64,000 nt of DNA from Raillietiella orientalis (lineage: Eukaryota), in contig JAYWIR010000049.1 in the NCBI GenBank assembly GCA_036172245.1, forward strand, positions 868,001-932,000, given 5' to 3'. The notes under the pieces were generated by a model. That model did not search any database and had not been told where the DNA came from. It saw only the letters and a program-made list of their open reading frames with translations. Shown here in pieces: positions 1 through 12,449 of the stretch. The position numbers and the translations under genes were made by a program. Every line of letters begins with the position of its first letter. Within the stretch, counting starts at the first letter, position 1.

Positions 1-961
1 TACAGAAGCCAACTGATCGATGAATGCGAACAAAATGGCACTGAAATAGTGATGCTGATCCGTACAACTGTGCAAAATCTGAGAATGATGTAACAGTTCT
101 TGGAGATAGGGAACGGAGATGCTTGCCACAGTTTTAAAGTGAATATTCATTTGACATTTTCAATAATAATCTGTGCTTGCAAAAAAAAAAAAAAAACTTG
201 CCCAATGTCTGTTTCTTTCGAGTGTTCCAGTCTTCCGAATGTCAATCTTCCGACAAGAGGAATTTTGTGGACAGAGTCACGTAAACCCCAACAACAGTTT
301 CAGGTATATTATGGATTTCAATCGATAGATGCTAGAAATTCCAATTCCTAAACATTAGGTCACAGAAGATAAGCGTCGTTCCCATTCAGTCGGTTTTAAC
401 ACAAGGTAATGATTTGTCCTAAGTTGCTGAACTCAGATTAGACATTTCGAAAGTCCTCCTAAAACAGCTTAAAGATCCCTTATTAACAGAATAAATTCAA
501 ATCATATTTGAAGTGCTATTCTTGATATCTGATAGATGAACCTCGGCTTAAGGAATCTATCGAATCAATGTGGATTTCAATCTACTCCGACATCTCCAAT
601 GTCCCTAATGACCATGTATGGGCAGATAGATGTATAAACGTATGCTTGCATGCATGTACGTACAAAGCATCAAAACAAAATTATACAAACGCACACGTTC
701 ATTAGGAGTCGCAAGCATTTTAAAGTGTGTCCATGTGTCCTCTCAGCTTATACAAACTTTCCAACGTGAGAATGAATGCTTATAAAACGTTAGGAAAAAA
801 ACACGTTCTTCAATTTACTGTTTCACTTTATCAGCTTGAAATTAACGCTATCTTCGTTTGACAGTCTAAAATATTCAGAGAAGCAAGCCTTTCCTGAACA
901 TTTCTGAATAAAGTTTATTTATGTATGTTTTAAGAATGGGAAACGTAAAAAGTGATCCTAC

Positions 962-1460
962 TTATCTCGAAGGTACTGAGGGTATTCCATTTCTTGATGA
1001 TTTCTTCCCTTTCTTGTGCGTTTCTCTTCTGACTCAAGGGTACGCCAAGTTCCTTGGATGTTGAATTTAAAGATTTGCACAGCAGACTCTGCCACTCTCT
1101 CTGCACATAAAACATTTCCTCGTAAGAAAGGATGAATTTTGGAACACATTGCCATGGAATTATTATCATTGTTTTTTTAAACACAATGCACAGATTGTGA
1201 ATCTGTTAATTACAAAAGCGCTTGATGAGGAGCCCCCCTTAACTAAGGTTTCAGATCCACATTCAACAAACCTGCGCTTCTCTTAAATATCTCAATGGTT
1301 CCTTCAAGTCAACTGCGGGGATGCTGCTCTTCAGAATGGCTGGATTTCTTCTCACTGTGTGATAAATTGCATTCCTCAAGCGAGTTTTCAATCTAGACAT
1401 TTTCATAAGGGGATGCAAATTGATAGGAAGGTCGTCCACGGTAACTTCAGGGGTGAGGAG
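962..1460 (-). CDS. TBC1D19: TBC1 domain family member 19-like gene, two internal exons (1272-1460 and 962-1100); partial, possibly a decaying copy
   Basis: GT-AG bounded exons translate to LLTPEVTVDDL...LRNAIYH...DLKEPLRYLREAQ and REWQSLLCKSLNSTSKELGVPLSQKRNAQEREEIIKKWNTLSTFEI. These match remembered TBC1D19 motifs (LQNAVY, LKEPLxYxRxAQ, WEKRILKSLNSMCTELSIPLARKR, KWNE). The next expected exon (~700-778) looks frameshifted, and no first exon was found. Confidence 0.75.
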
Positions 1461-1731
1461 CTAAAATTTCCTTAAAATTACTAGGGACTCCCCAACGAGC
1501 TAGCGATCATGTCGCTCCTTGCATGCTCTATCCCCACATCACAAAACCCACACACGGATTTCTAACTGGCAAAATAAAAAATTGAAAACGAAAGGCATGC
1601 ACACTGAAATTTTCAAATGATCTAACTGGAAAATGGCAGATCATTTACATCCCGTGAGATTATCATACGGTGAATTTCTTAACAAATATGAGGTATACTT
1701 TCGTATACTGGGCAGAACATAAACAGATCAG

Positions 1732-2790
1732 TGTACTTGGGATGCAGGAACCGTTGCATGGCTGGGCAAAGCACCAGGATGTTTCCCTCCTGGAACTCCG
1801 TTGCGCTCACCTCTCCCCGTACTGCACGGTGGATGAGGTGTGCAACAGCCAGGAGAAGTGGACTCGCCTGGCCGTCACGCCCCTCGCCGACGCGCTGTCA
1901 GCCCTCAGGGCAAGAGATGACAGCTGCGAACCGGCGAGATGGGAGGTCGCCTGCACCATCGCAGGAACAACACGACCTATTGGCGGCTGGAGGACTTGCG
2001 AGCTGGCAGACTCCGCCACGCCTCGCCACATCCCGAAGGGACTCCTTCGGTGGAGTGAACACTTGAGTGTGCCCCCCGAAGAACTTGTGGTCCTTCCCTC
2101 CTGTTTGAACACTTCTGTGTTCCCCCTTTCGTGGAAGCAGGACGTCATCATGCTGGTGCATTGGGGTTTTCACTCCAACCAGCGGACGAACCGTGTTTCC
2201 GGGGGAGTTGTCTCCCCAAACTGTAAGCGGTGCGGGGAAGTGGAAACGCCCCCGCACCTGCTCCTGGACTGCGGTGCCCTCCTAGGACTGTGGCGGAGGC
2301 TGGCCTCAGCTCTCCTGCACCAGGGGGACACCGCGAGAGACTTGATGCGCCGCTTCTTCACGCCAGGCAGCCTGTCTTTAGGTGCTGTCGTTGCAACCGT
2401 GTGTTGCACCCGCGCCATCGACAAGGCCCACCGAGAGTTGGAGAAGCAGGCAATTCGACGACAGGCCACCGGAATAGCCGACGAGAACATGACGTCGGCT
2501 GCCGAGTGGGCCCATCTTCCAGAGGGCGTTAGGAGCGAGATCTGCGGCATCCATCGCCGGTTCTGAAAGGAAGGAACGGCCGAACCAAAGACCCCTGTCC
2601 CCTGCCCTTCATATTTTTCTTTTTATTTTTTATAGCAGTGTATTTGTGGTCCCTCCCTCCCGTTCCGGACTTTCGGCATACCGACCTGCGTGTCGGGGAT
2701 CCCACCCCCTTCGTCTCTTGTTTCTCCCTTTGTCCAGGAACTCTGTTCCCGGATAGTTTTTAATAAACGCCCCGGCGCACCCGGGTGATA
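1732..2790 (+). mobile_element. 5'-truncated L1/Tx1-like non-LTR retrotransposon (ORF2 C-terminus with zinc-binding motif, plus 3' UTR)
   Basis: ORF 1670-2566 contains CKRCGEVETPPHLLLDC (zf-RVT-type C-x2-C...H...C). GC-rich island followed by a T-rich 3' UTR and AATAAA at 2762. Homologous to the copies at ~28.0-28.7, 32.1-33.2 and 35.1-36.9 kb. Confidence 0.85.
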
Positions 2791-4149
2791 ATCAGTGTTC
2801 TTGGGAACACAGAGAAAATTCGCACTAGACACTGATAGCACTCCTTACACAGCTTACGTGGAAATAGCTTTCATGAGTGGATGCTGCGCTTAGAAGATCA
2901 TGACTTGACATTAGGATCAGATTAAAAACTCGCAACAAGAACGTGTGATTTGTGATGTCACTTGTGAAGAATTCTCTTTTCGTTTCTAGCGCTTGCTCAA
3001 AGATAAAACCTTGTGAGAGCAACCGATTGTGGGAATTCGGCCTCAGATGAATCCAAATTTCTTGAAAGCACCTAACTTGATGTTCATGTCAGCAAATCTT
3101 GACATCCTGTCAAGGATTGTCTCAGTGGAAGGACATTTACAGATGCCATCGATAGGATCGATTTGTGAATTTTTAATACGAAATACGATCGATCCCACGA
3201 GCAATCTCGAATCCTCACCCAGAAATGTGAAGAAAATAAAATAAATACAACACGCGCGCTACAGATTGGTCAATTCCCTGAACGTATGTATACGCTTCGA
3301 ACCCAATTCAAAATCTTATCAGTGGATACGGCAGCTAATAAGCACAAGTTAGCCACGCTATTGTGGTGAACACAGCCGATCCGAATTCTAAATTTGTGCA
3401 CGAAATAAGTGTTTCGTACATAAATCGCCGGTCGCCCGGAAACAGTCTAGAATGATGGAACAAGATAAAGGTAGGAAGTATAAGCGAAGAGAAGCGGATA
3501 GAAGCTGTTTCATGATTTATGTTTTATTTCACTCCGTGTTGACGAATACGGGTTCATGGCTGAACAAGGTAGCATGTGGAAAAGAAATCCGGGAGCAGAA
3601 AGTCCAAGTTCATCGGCATCAGAGGAGCCCGTGTGTGCTGTGGTGTGCCTGGTAGAAGGCTTTTAGTTTGCATGCAAGAATTTTCTGGTCATCATTTCGC
3701 ATGCCCGGACCTAAAGAATGGATAAATAAAATGAAATCAACACATTCTTATCGGAAATAAGCGTAGTTCTGCAAGGTGAACAGAAAATGGAAACACGATA
3801 AGAGCAAGGAAGAAAAATTGTCATTAAATCGAAGTTCTTGGAATCTAATGGAAAGCAAAGGGAATAACACCGGCACGTGCTTGAGTGAGAACGGGAATCT
3901 GTTCACGTTTATTTGCAAAATGCGTTCTTCAGTCAAGCAGCGGCAGTAGAGACCATTTTCCTATAAGAATACCACTTATAAGCAGAGGGGCGGTTTCTGA
4001 CTAAGACTCAAGTACATTAACTTCGGCATAATAATTCAGTGGACTATACTAATTTAATCATGTGCTCATTGCTTTATCTAATGAACAAAAGACTAAGGTT
4101 CTGATCAATGAAGAAAAAAGTTAAAAATCATTAAAAGGCGATCATGATA

Positions 4150-4800
4150 AAAAAAAAAAAGAAGGAAAAATCAACTGCAAGTCTCTTAAAGAACTTTGGC
4201 GAACCGTTAGAGTCTTGATGATATTCGGAAATCTCGGATACTTTGAATGTTTGAGAACTTATTCAAAGAGATTAGGAGACCCGTCTACCTTTAGATGTCC
4301 CTCTATAGATTTCTTTATAGAGCGTGACATTCTAGGAACTTATGGAATGAGGAGCTTCGATCAGCCTTAGGATCCACTTGGCTCACTTTCAAAAGCCCCA
4401 CTCGGCGGTTTTCACATTCTAACAGACAATTTTCTCTTTTTGCAGCTGGAGAGCATCTTCGTCTCTAAGAGAGGGTGTCAACAACTCCCAGAAATATCCA
4501 CACTTGTCATCTCCAAGCTAAAGTTCTTCATAACCAGCTATCCTATCCAACTTTCTCTGTAAAAACCTTCGAAATCAAAGTTCGGTGGCACACTCCAAAA
4601 GTGTTTAAGCAAAGATCTCAATCTGCCCATCACAACCTCTCGTGGTAACATCGAAGAATCCTGTATCCTTTCCAAAAAGAATCCTCATCTTAGAGTTGTC
4701 TAAGACGAAAGGTCGTCAGTTACCCTGAGTTGTCCTCATGAGCTGGACAAAAGTTTAAAACTCGGAACCTTAGAGCGATAGGTGTGGCTTAATCTTCAAG
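4150..4800 (-). mobile_element. Highly decayed LINE AP-endonuclease-like remnant
   Basis: Minus-strand pieces VVMGRL and QRKLDRI resemble APE motifs GDFN and SRLDRI; many stops. Confidence 0.3.
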
Positions 4801-6559
4801 ACGAAAGGTCTTCTACCACGGTTCTCAGTGATGGAAAGAACTAGCATGTTAGGAACGACAGGCGAGATGGAGCGGAAAGGAGTTCTCCTTATCACGAACA
4901 GTGTTCGTAAAAGGACACGATGATCTCACCTGGAGACCTATCAGAGCACGCAAACCACGACCTGAGGTTTCTTCCTCATCTACTTTCTTAATTTGCTGTT
5001 GTTATTTGAAACTAAAATGGGTAGATTCCACTCCAGATTCGTGAATACACGAGATTCTTTTGTGAGACATCGGATGTGTATGTTCATGGAATGTCAACTG
5101 TGGGACTACAAACATCAACTCATTGTGAGTTGACAAAGGGAATTCCAATAAGCTAAAACAAAGGCGAAGGAGTCATTTAATTATTTTGCACGGCTAGAGA
5201 TATGAAATCGATATGGTAAACGGATATTAAACAGGAAGTGGAATACACTACCATTTTGATAAGGACGATGCAACAGACATACCTCTAGATGCACGGATTG
5301 ACAGTTTTGAAATTTGGTAGGGTGCTCATATATGGTAGAAGAGTATATACTGAAATACCGTGAAATATGGCAAGCCATGAGAACAGGAAGTGCTCAATGC
5401 CTAGGAAACGTAAGGTTTGGTCTCGTAGTTCCTAAGAAAATTCAACTTGCCAGTGCCTATGGTATCGACTATGAGTCGAACTTCCAGGGGATGAATTTCT
5501 AAGGCTCCTTAACGAAACTGACTTAAGAAGTTCATCCATTTCTGTGTTCTGAGATCTCTAAACGACTGAAGAATTTAGCTGCACATGCTTTGCTGAGCAT
5601 ATTGATCGATCACTCAGTACATCATCGACTGACTAACAAGGGACACTAAAAACTCTATTGCCGATCAACAGACTAATTTGTGGCATGACTTTGAGACTGA
5701 CTAAGGTGAGCACCACCAACCACAGCCAGAATAAGATTCCATTCGTAGAAACAAGTCATTAGACATTTGTTAGCCCGAATGAGTAATTGCAGCTTGCTCA
5801 ATTCTAGTTTCACGATCACGGAAACGATGGAAAACAGTCTGATTCATAGGCTGTGCTCCTATTTTGTGCGTTTCTGTTAATCGTTTTTAAAAGATAGGTC
5901 TTTAGAAAGTCAGAAACAGTAATAAAAAAAAAAAACAGCTGCCTAATGCCACAGGAATAAATAAATAGTGAAATAGTATCGTCATTAGCATGGCAAGTGA
6001 TATGGAAGACAACCTTGATTTACCAAGCCAAGTACTGAAATGACAGAGGTTGCACATTTTTCACAGCTCGCGAACATGTAAGCTAATAGTGTGGTCGCAG
6101 TTGCGATGCGTAGATTCTCGGTCACACATGTGTAGTAAGTACGATCCCTAAATCTGAGGAGCACGCTCCAATGATGAGTCTAAGCGTATTATGCCTTCAA
6201 AGTAGCTTACAGCATTCCCAAGAATGCAACCCAAAGGAAAAAAAAAATAACTGCCGAAAGTCAGCATGCACTGGTCCAGGTCTCCTAGATGGCTCGCATG
6301 CCATTCTCTTACGTTAGAGATAAAGCCGGAAAAAAATGAATTAAATAGTAAAAGTGATATGATCTTAACATTCGAATTCCACAATAGTTTATCTAAGATT
6401 ATAAGGATTGATGACCCACAGTTTCTGGAAAGCTTGGCGTAGAATTGTCTAAACAATAATAAACTTAGTTGGAGATTGAGCGAAACGCTTTCCCGAAACC
6501 AATAAACACAAACACTGTCTCTAAAGAATTAATCATTCCAGGAATTGATATCCAGACAT

Positions 6560-7420
6560 CTGCCTAATGGAGGGCAGAAGTATACCAGGCATTCCAGAAC
6601 ACGGGAATGCTATGGAAATGGAAAAAGTTCAAGAGAAAAAGAGTCCGCTATATTTAAAGATTCCTTCACTCTTCGTACCCTGGCAACAAATGAATGCACA
6701 TGCAGGGAAACTAATCATAAGCAATGTAGCAAAGTATGAACGAACTGCCCATTGGAAAAAGCTCTTCCTTCTTCATTCCCAAAAGTCTCGACGGAAGCTC
6801 CGTTTCATGATTTGGTCCAACGCTGATGTGGCAAAGACTGCGCTTGCTGAAATGTTCGATCTTAGTCCAGGACCATTGAATATGCATGCATCGCGTCCCT
6901 CAAATTTGCAGCGCTGGGAAAAGCATGGCAGTTCATAATTGCAGCAACAACATTGGGAGCGATGGATCGATATGGCATGCATTTTGTATGGATGATCATA
7001 ACCGATCAAATTGGAAGAAATCCTTTAGACGTTGAGAAGAGTAAGCGGATTTCGAGATGGGGAGGGAAAGCCGCACGCAAAGAAGAAGAAGGTGCGAGCG
7101 TACTGGAATACGAATTGGCAATCCCATCACTACTTTCAATCATCACCGGCATAGTCTTAGGAGGGCAGTGCAGGAACGGTCACTGTGCTCCCCAGAGTCC
7201 AGACGGAACTCGCAGAACTTGTGTATACTGGTTTCGCAGCTAACAAGTGGGAATGGGTCTGGAAACGAATGCATAGCATGGGAGAGGACGATCCACCTCG
7301 TGGTCTGAGACTTTCCAGAATCACTTTTGCGGGAGTGAGAGGAATTTGGAAAATGTGTCGAAACACCTTCAAGGCACACTGATGAGGAACTGTAAAATCC
7401 AGCTGCACCTTCAGTTGGCA
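6560..7420 (+). mobile_element. Decayed L1-clade ORF2 C-terminal fragments
   Basis: HWKKLFLLHSQKSRRKLRFMIW resembles the zf-RVT W..IW..PK.K.F.W motif. A later piece GIWKMCRN resembles the IW..RN motif. Frameshifted. Confidence 0.4.
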
Positions 7421-10400
7421 TTAGATGTGGGAAAAGTCCTTACATCCATTGCATATAAAATAAGTCATCAAAATATGCTTAGCACGATTCCCAAATATAC
7501 GTTTGGCATCTTTCCATTCAAAGGATCATTTCTTCAGAATGGAGTGACGCCAAAGGGCTTGTGCTCGGAGATGCGATGTCAACAACAAGCACCATTTCGA
7601 GACACGGAAACCTTTGTATTGAAGAAGATGAAGCCACATTTGGAGCAGGGGCGGGTTTTTCGCGACAACATGCACCTTCTATACAAATGAGTGCCCATGC
7701 AAAAACGGGGCTGTGGTTCTCAGTCATCTTTATACTCCCCTAAATCGCCTTTGGCTAACCTTCTTCCATTCCCGAGATGCAACTGAAAAACCTCCGACTT
7801 GAAACGATTGCTGACATGCAGAAGAACGGTATGTTTACCCAAATGGCACAAGTGGAGTTTCTGAGTTTCCGCAAGGTTTATATGATCTGTTCAAAAGTGC
7901 ATTCAGTTTTCCTTCAGAACCGTTCCGAGATAAACGATAAACAAACACTGTGTTTCGTTGTTTTCATTGCATTGCAGTCCTTTTTAATTTGCTGTTTCAC
8001 TTTTGGATTCTTATCGCTTGATCACTTGGACAAATGCCTTAAATCCTCTCGAGTAACGGGATAATGCGGTACACATTTTAAAGGGATATATAAGACCGTT
8101 TTCTTTAAAGAAAGTGTCCCCAAAACTTATCGCTAATACATAGAGGATTCTTACCTAAAAAGTCTACAAATTCTGGACAGTTTCTCGATGAATCGAACCG
8201 GAGTGATCCCCTATTCACTATTGATAATCATAGGACATCCATAGTGAATAGATCAAAAGGATTCAGTGAGCTTTGAACAAGCTAGAAAAAAATGGACAAA
8301 ATCAAGAAACGAAGAAAAAGAGAAATTGGGTTCCAACAAATGGATTTTAGTTTTAGAATGAAAGCAATGATGTAGAAACGTAGCATGGTTTGCAAGGCAA
8401 CATTTTTTACAAGTAGAGATCGAAGTCTATACTGTTCCTCGTTTGCCCGAAGCAGTTGCTTCACGAGAAAGCTCGAAACTTCAAAGACATCGGGAGAAAC
8501 GGAAAACAGAATAAAAAGCCGTCTGAGCAGATGATTTTTCCATTACGTCCAGGTTTTTGAACTGGTCCCCCAATAAATAATCTGATTGGGAAAGGTGGGA
8601 AATAGCTGAAATAGGCCAGTATGCTAGAGTGGTAAATTCCAAGAGCAGTTGCAAAAAGTCACAGATGTGGTTGAACTAAAAGAAAAATCGCGCATTATCC
8701 CTTCTCAGATTGCGGTTTCATATTGGGATTGTTTTGCATGGGACAGATCATGGGGAATATCAAAAAAAAAAAAAAAAAAAAAATGAAAGTCAAAGGTGGA
8801 GTATGAATGGGAAGAAATGAAGAATCGAGAAAGTACAGATTCCATTGCTCGTGATACATGAAGAATATATAGAGTGAATTCAATTAAATGCTCACACAGT
8901 GAAAGTAATTAAGAATGGAAACATTGCACACCGCAGTTATAAATGAGCAGGCTGCAAACAGATACCTGCAAACAGCTAAAATTTTTACCTTATCCCTTGG
9001 ATAGTGATCAGTCATATTATAAATAGTTCATTCCGGATCCTGGAAAGATTAGTCCACTAACAACTTTCGGGGGATCTAAGAAATTTTTTAGCTCATTCTC
9101 CTACTAATCATACCGAAAAAAGTATACTTAAGAGAGTTAAAGAGTTGAGAACAAAATAGGCAGATTTAGTAGATCTCCAAGATATGCGATCTGCATAGTG
9201 CAGATACATGGATGCCATGTAAATTCACATGTAATTAATAAATTTCTTTTCAAATTCATATAAAGAAAATGCTTGCGAATTTGCTCTCTGGATAGATTAA
9301 ACCCAGCATTGCGATTTAATCAGCTTTTCACATCTTCATAATCCTTCTAAAAGCATTAGCTACAGAGCAGAGAGCTATGATTAAGGAAGATAAACTATAT
9401 GATTCATCGATGGAATATTAAATTGTGAAAATTCTACCCGTGTGCCGTCAAGACTTGCGAAACATGATGAAACTTTTCCATTTTCTATTTTCGCTCACCT
9501 GAACCAGCAGTTACTCAGATAGACTGCTGCAGAAATAGAACGTAGAAAAGAGAACAGGTCATACGTAAGGCTACTGATTTTAGGACGAGGTGCATTCGAA
9601 CGGTCACCTTACGACTTTGACAGTCACTACCCCGCGCCTGACATTGGGTTTTTGAAAGTTACACAAATCGGCAGGGCTTAAAGATTTGCTTCGCAAAATT
9701 CGAAACTGTGGTTAAAGCAAAGTTTCCTCTCAAACAAAAAGATACGACGGGCTAATCGAATTGCCAGATTTGCTTTTTCACGAATTGCTGTTAGCTATGG
9801 TCTTGAAGGCTGTTCCACAGCACACTTAGTGTGTGCCCTGGGAAGAATAAACAAACACAACTGAGACACGAAGCACCAACGCAGAGGACCATCAAGCATT
9901 TCTTTTGATAATTTTTCCTGTTTCCAAGTTTTCATAAGTCTGCTTTCCGTCCATATATCGTAATGAGATGGTATAAGCCTATTTTATGGGGGGGGGGGAG
10001 GGGGGATCAATTGAAATGGAAACAGTGCAGTACAGCTTTTTGTATGGTTCGTTAACATGTGATATTCTAGTCGTGGCTGAAGTGCTTATAAAAAAAAATA
10101 GTACACTATCAACAGTTCATAATTGTTATTTAAGGAAAATGAATCCTACAGTGTACGCTTGAATTCATTCTAACGATATTTTGTTTTCGTTTCTGCGTGT
10201 GTGTGTTTTGAGGGGAGGGGGGAGAGATTTGAAAGCTATAAAATTTATTGGAAGAAAGAAAAAAAAAAACTAACGAAATGCCACTGCCAGTATTTGCATT
10301 TGTAGTTTATAGACATCTGTCTGCCATCATTGAGAAAATCTATCCATTATCTAGGATTAATCTCGAATACAAACAACTCTAAGTCTTCTGAATAACTCGG

Positions 10401-11714
10401 TACATGTTTTATGGATACAGATTTAAAAGCATTTGTTTTCGGTTATAGTTCACTTCCTTTTCGAATTTATTTTCACATCTGTACACGTATATGTTTCATG
10501 TACTTGTCTCCAGATTCGATTATTCTAAATTACTTCAGTAAGCGACAAAGTCAGTACCTCAATACTTTTCTCGAGTTCCTTGTAATATGGTGTAGAACGG
10601 AGGACCTCTTTCAGAAGATTTTCAACACATAGGTTTTGCATTGCAGATTTTCCACTAGCTCAGTGTCACTTCATATCAGATATCTATCAGTGGATCGGTT
10701 TCCTCCCATCGATCTAACAAAACCCACTGTGCATGGTTTGAGAATTAGATCCATGTACCTAGCTGGCTTCAGAAGATACTTCTTGGACAGCATCATGCCA
10801 GCATCACTTAGACATATTTAATGCCAATGTATGAGGCGAATTCTTCACTCATGCTGAGTCCTTGTGAAGTTGTACTCTTGTGCAATGATTGAAGTCGATC
10901 GGAAAACGTAATCACACATAACTGCCAATAATTACAAAATAATTCAGAAATACCATCAGAAACACGCTGACTTTACAATAAGGAATACCTCATGCTTCAA
11001 ACGGAAAAACACTCATAAGTGGCTGCTGTATCAATGAGAATATGTGTGGTTTCCTTTCTTTATTTTTTTTTTTTCGCTGGAAAACTGCTTACCAAAAAAA
11101 GATTTTATCATGGATTCTGCTTGGTTTTATAAATTATTCCTTTGCACAAGTTCCGACTATTAAAGTATTAGTATTTCCAAACAAAAAAAATAATACACAA
11201 CTCCGAAAATCTAGCATCATGCTCATAAGTCTAATTGTCTTTGTATACAGGAAAAGAAAGCAAAAGTAAGTCCTTTTTGGCCTTGTTAATGATTGAGATT
11301 ATGGACACTATTCATGTTCCTTCTTCCCCCCCCCCCCCCACACACACACACAGAATAAAAGGATTGATTTTTTCATATCAAGTTCATGCACACTTATGTG
11401 GATGCTGAGAGATATTTCCGACATTCTCCCAGTCGCTACATTTCTCCTCTAAGGGGTGAATTCGCTTCTCGCTAAAGATGTGTTCTGATGCTTGGTAACT
11501 GAAATTATGATGTCATTGGTACATGATCATTTAACCAATACGTGATCAGTGCATGTTTTTGATTTCTCTCATCTTCACAAAATTTTGCTTCGCTGAAAAC
11601 AGTCGGCATAAACACTTGAACGCGGTTATTCCTCTTCTTCTTTCAACAAAGTATGCCTGGGAAACCTGCTATCATCATGATGCAACCTGTTTTCCATGAA
11701 GAAAGAAACAAGGG

Positions 11715-12170
11715 CCACGCCCGCGGGACCCTTTCCACTCCTCTCCTAGCCTTCCCCCCCCTCTCCTGTAGGGAGGGGGGAACCTTCCAGCCCAAAGAGG
11801 CGCCGCCTTTTGGAACACGCGCAAAGGAACCGCCCTTCCCGCGCGCGGACGAGGTAGGAAAGGGGGGGACGGGGGGGGGGGGAGACTGTGAGAAGGGTCG
11901 ACGATGGGGCCCTTGGCTGCCGATCGCGCGTACCCCTCGCATCCGCAATCGCTTCCGTTGCCATGACTCTTCCGCCCCTTCCCGTGCGTTTCGGAGTTCG
12001 CGGTGCCGACTCACGAGAGGCTGCGCGCGAAGGGGATGGATCCCTTCCGCCGCCTAGATTTCACCCCCTTTACTCCCTTCCTCAGCATTCTGTGATTCCA
12101 GGTGGGCATCGCTCTCGGCTTCCTCCTGCCGCCTCTGCTCGTCCCGGATGAGCCCTCGGTAGAGAAATGC
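11715..12170. mobile_element. GC-rich insertion, probably a retroelement fragment
   Basis: Abrupt GC-rich island in AT-rich DNA; no diagnostic domain recognised. Confidence 0.3.
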
Positions 12171-12449
12171 TGATTGTCAAAGAAGGAAGGAACTTCTTGA
12201 ATCTCAGTATGTTGATAGTACCGAAATCAGAGTACTCGAAATTCATTTTTTTTTTTTTTTGAATCACCGTTTACTTTTTGCTGATTTCCTTGTTTCTGGA
12301 ATCGTTTTCAGTCCTGGACGTCCAATTTTTTTTTTCTCTCTTTTGTGAAAGTAAGCGTTCGCGAGTCTTTAAAGTAATGCTAATATTCTGTGTCCTGGCT
12401 TCTACCTTCTGCCGACCGCTGCTTTAGCTGCTTGTCTGGCACATCCTGA

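Noticed and set aside
3290..3375. Possible tRNA-derived SINE head on the - strand (tagcgtgg ... gggttcgaa)
   Set aside because: Only short A/B-box-like words; no cloverleaf and no second copy in the window.
7744..7758. atcgcctttggctaa resembles U2 5' end with a deletion; tagtatctgtt at ~52003 resembles U2 nt 35-45
   Set aside because: Matches of 10-12 nt can be chance in 128 kb of searched sequence.
9492..9520. 28-nt exon-like segment on the - strand with good acceptor and donor
   Set aside because: Cannot be linked to any gene or reading frame from sequence alone.
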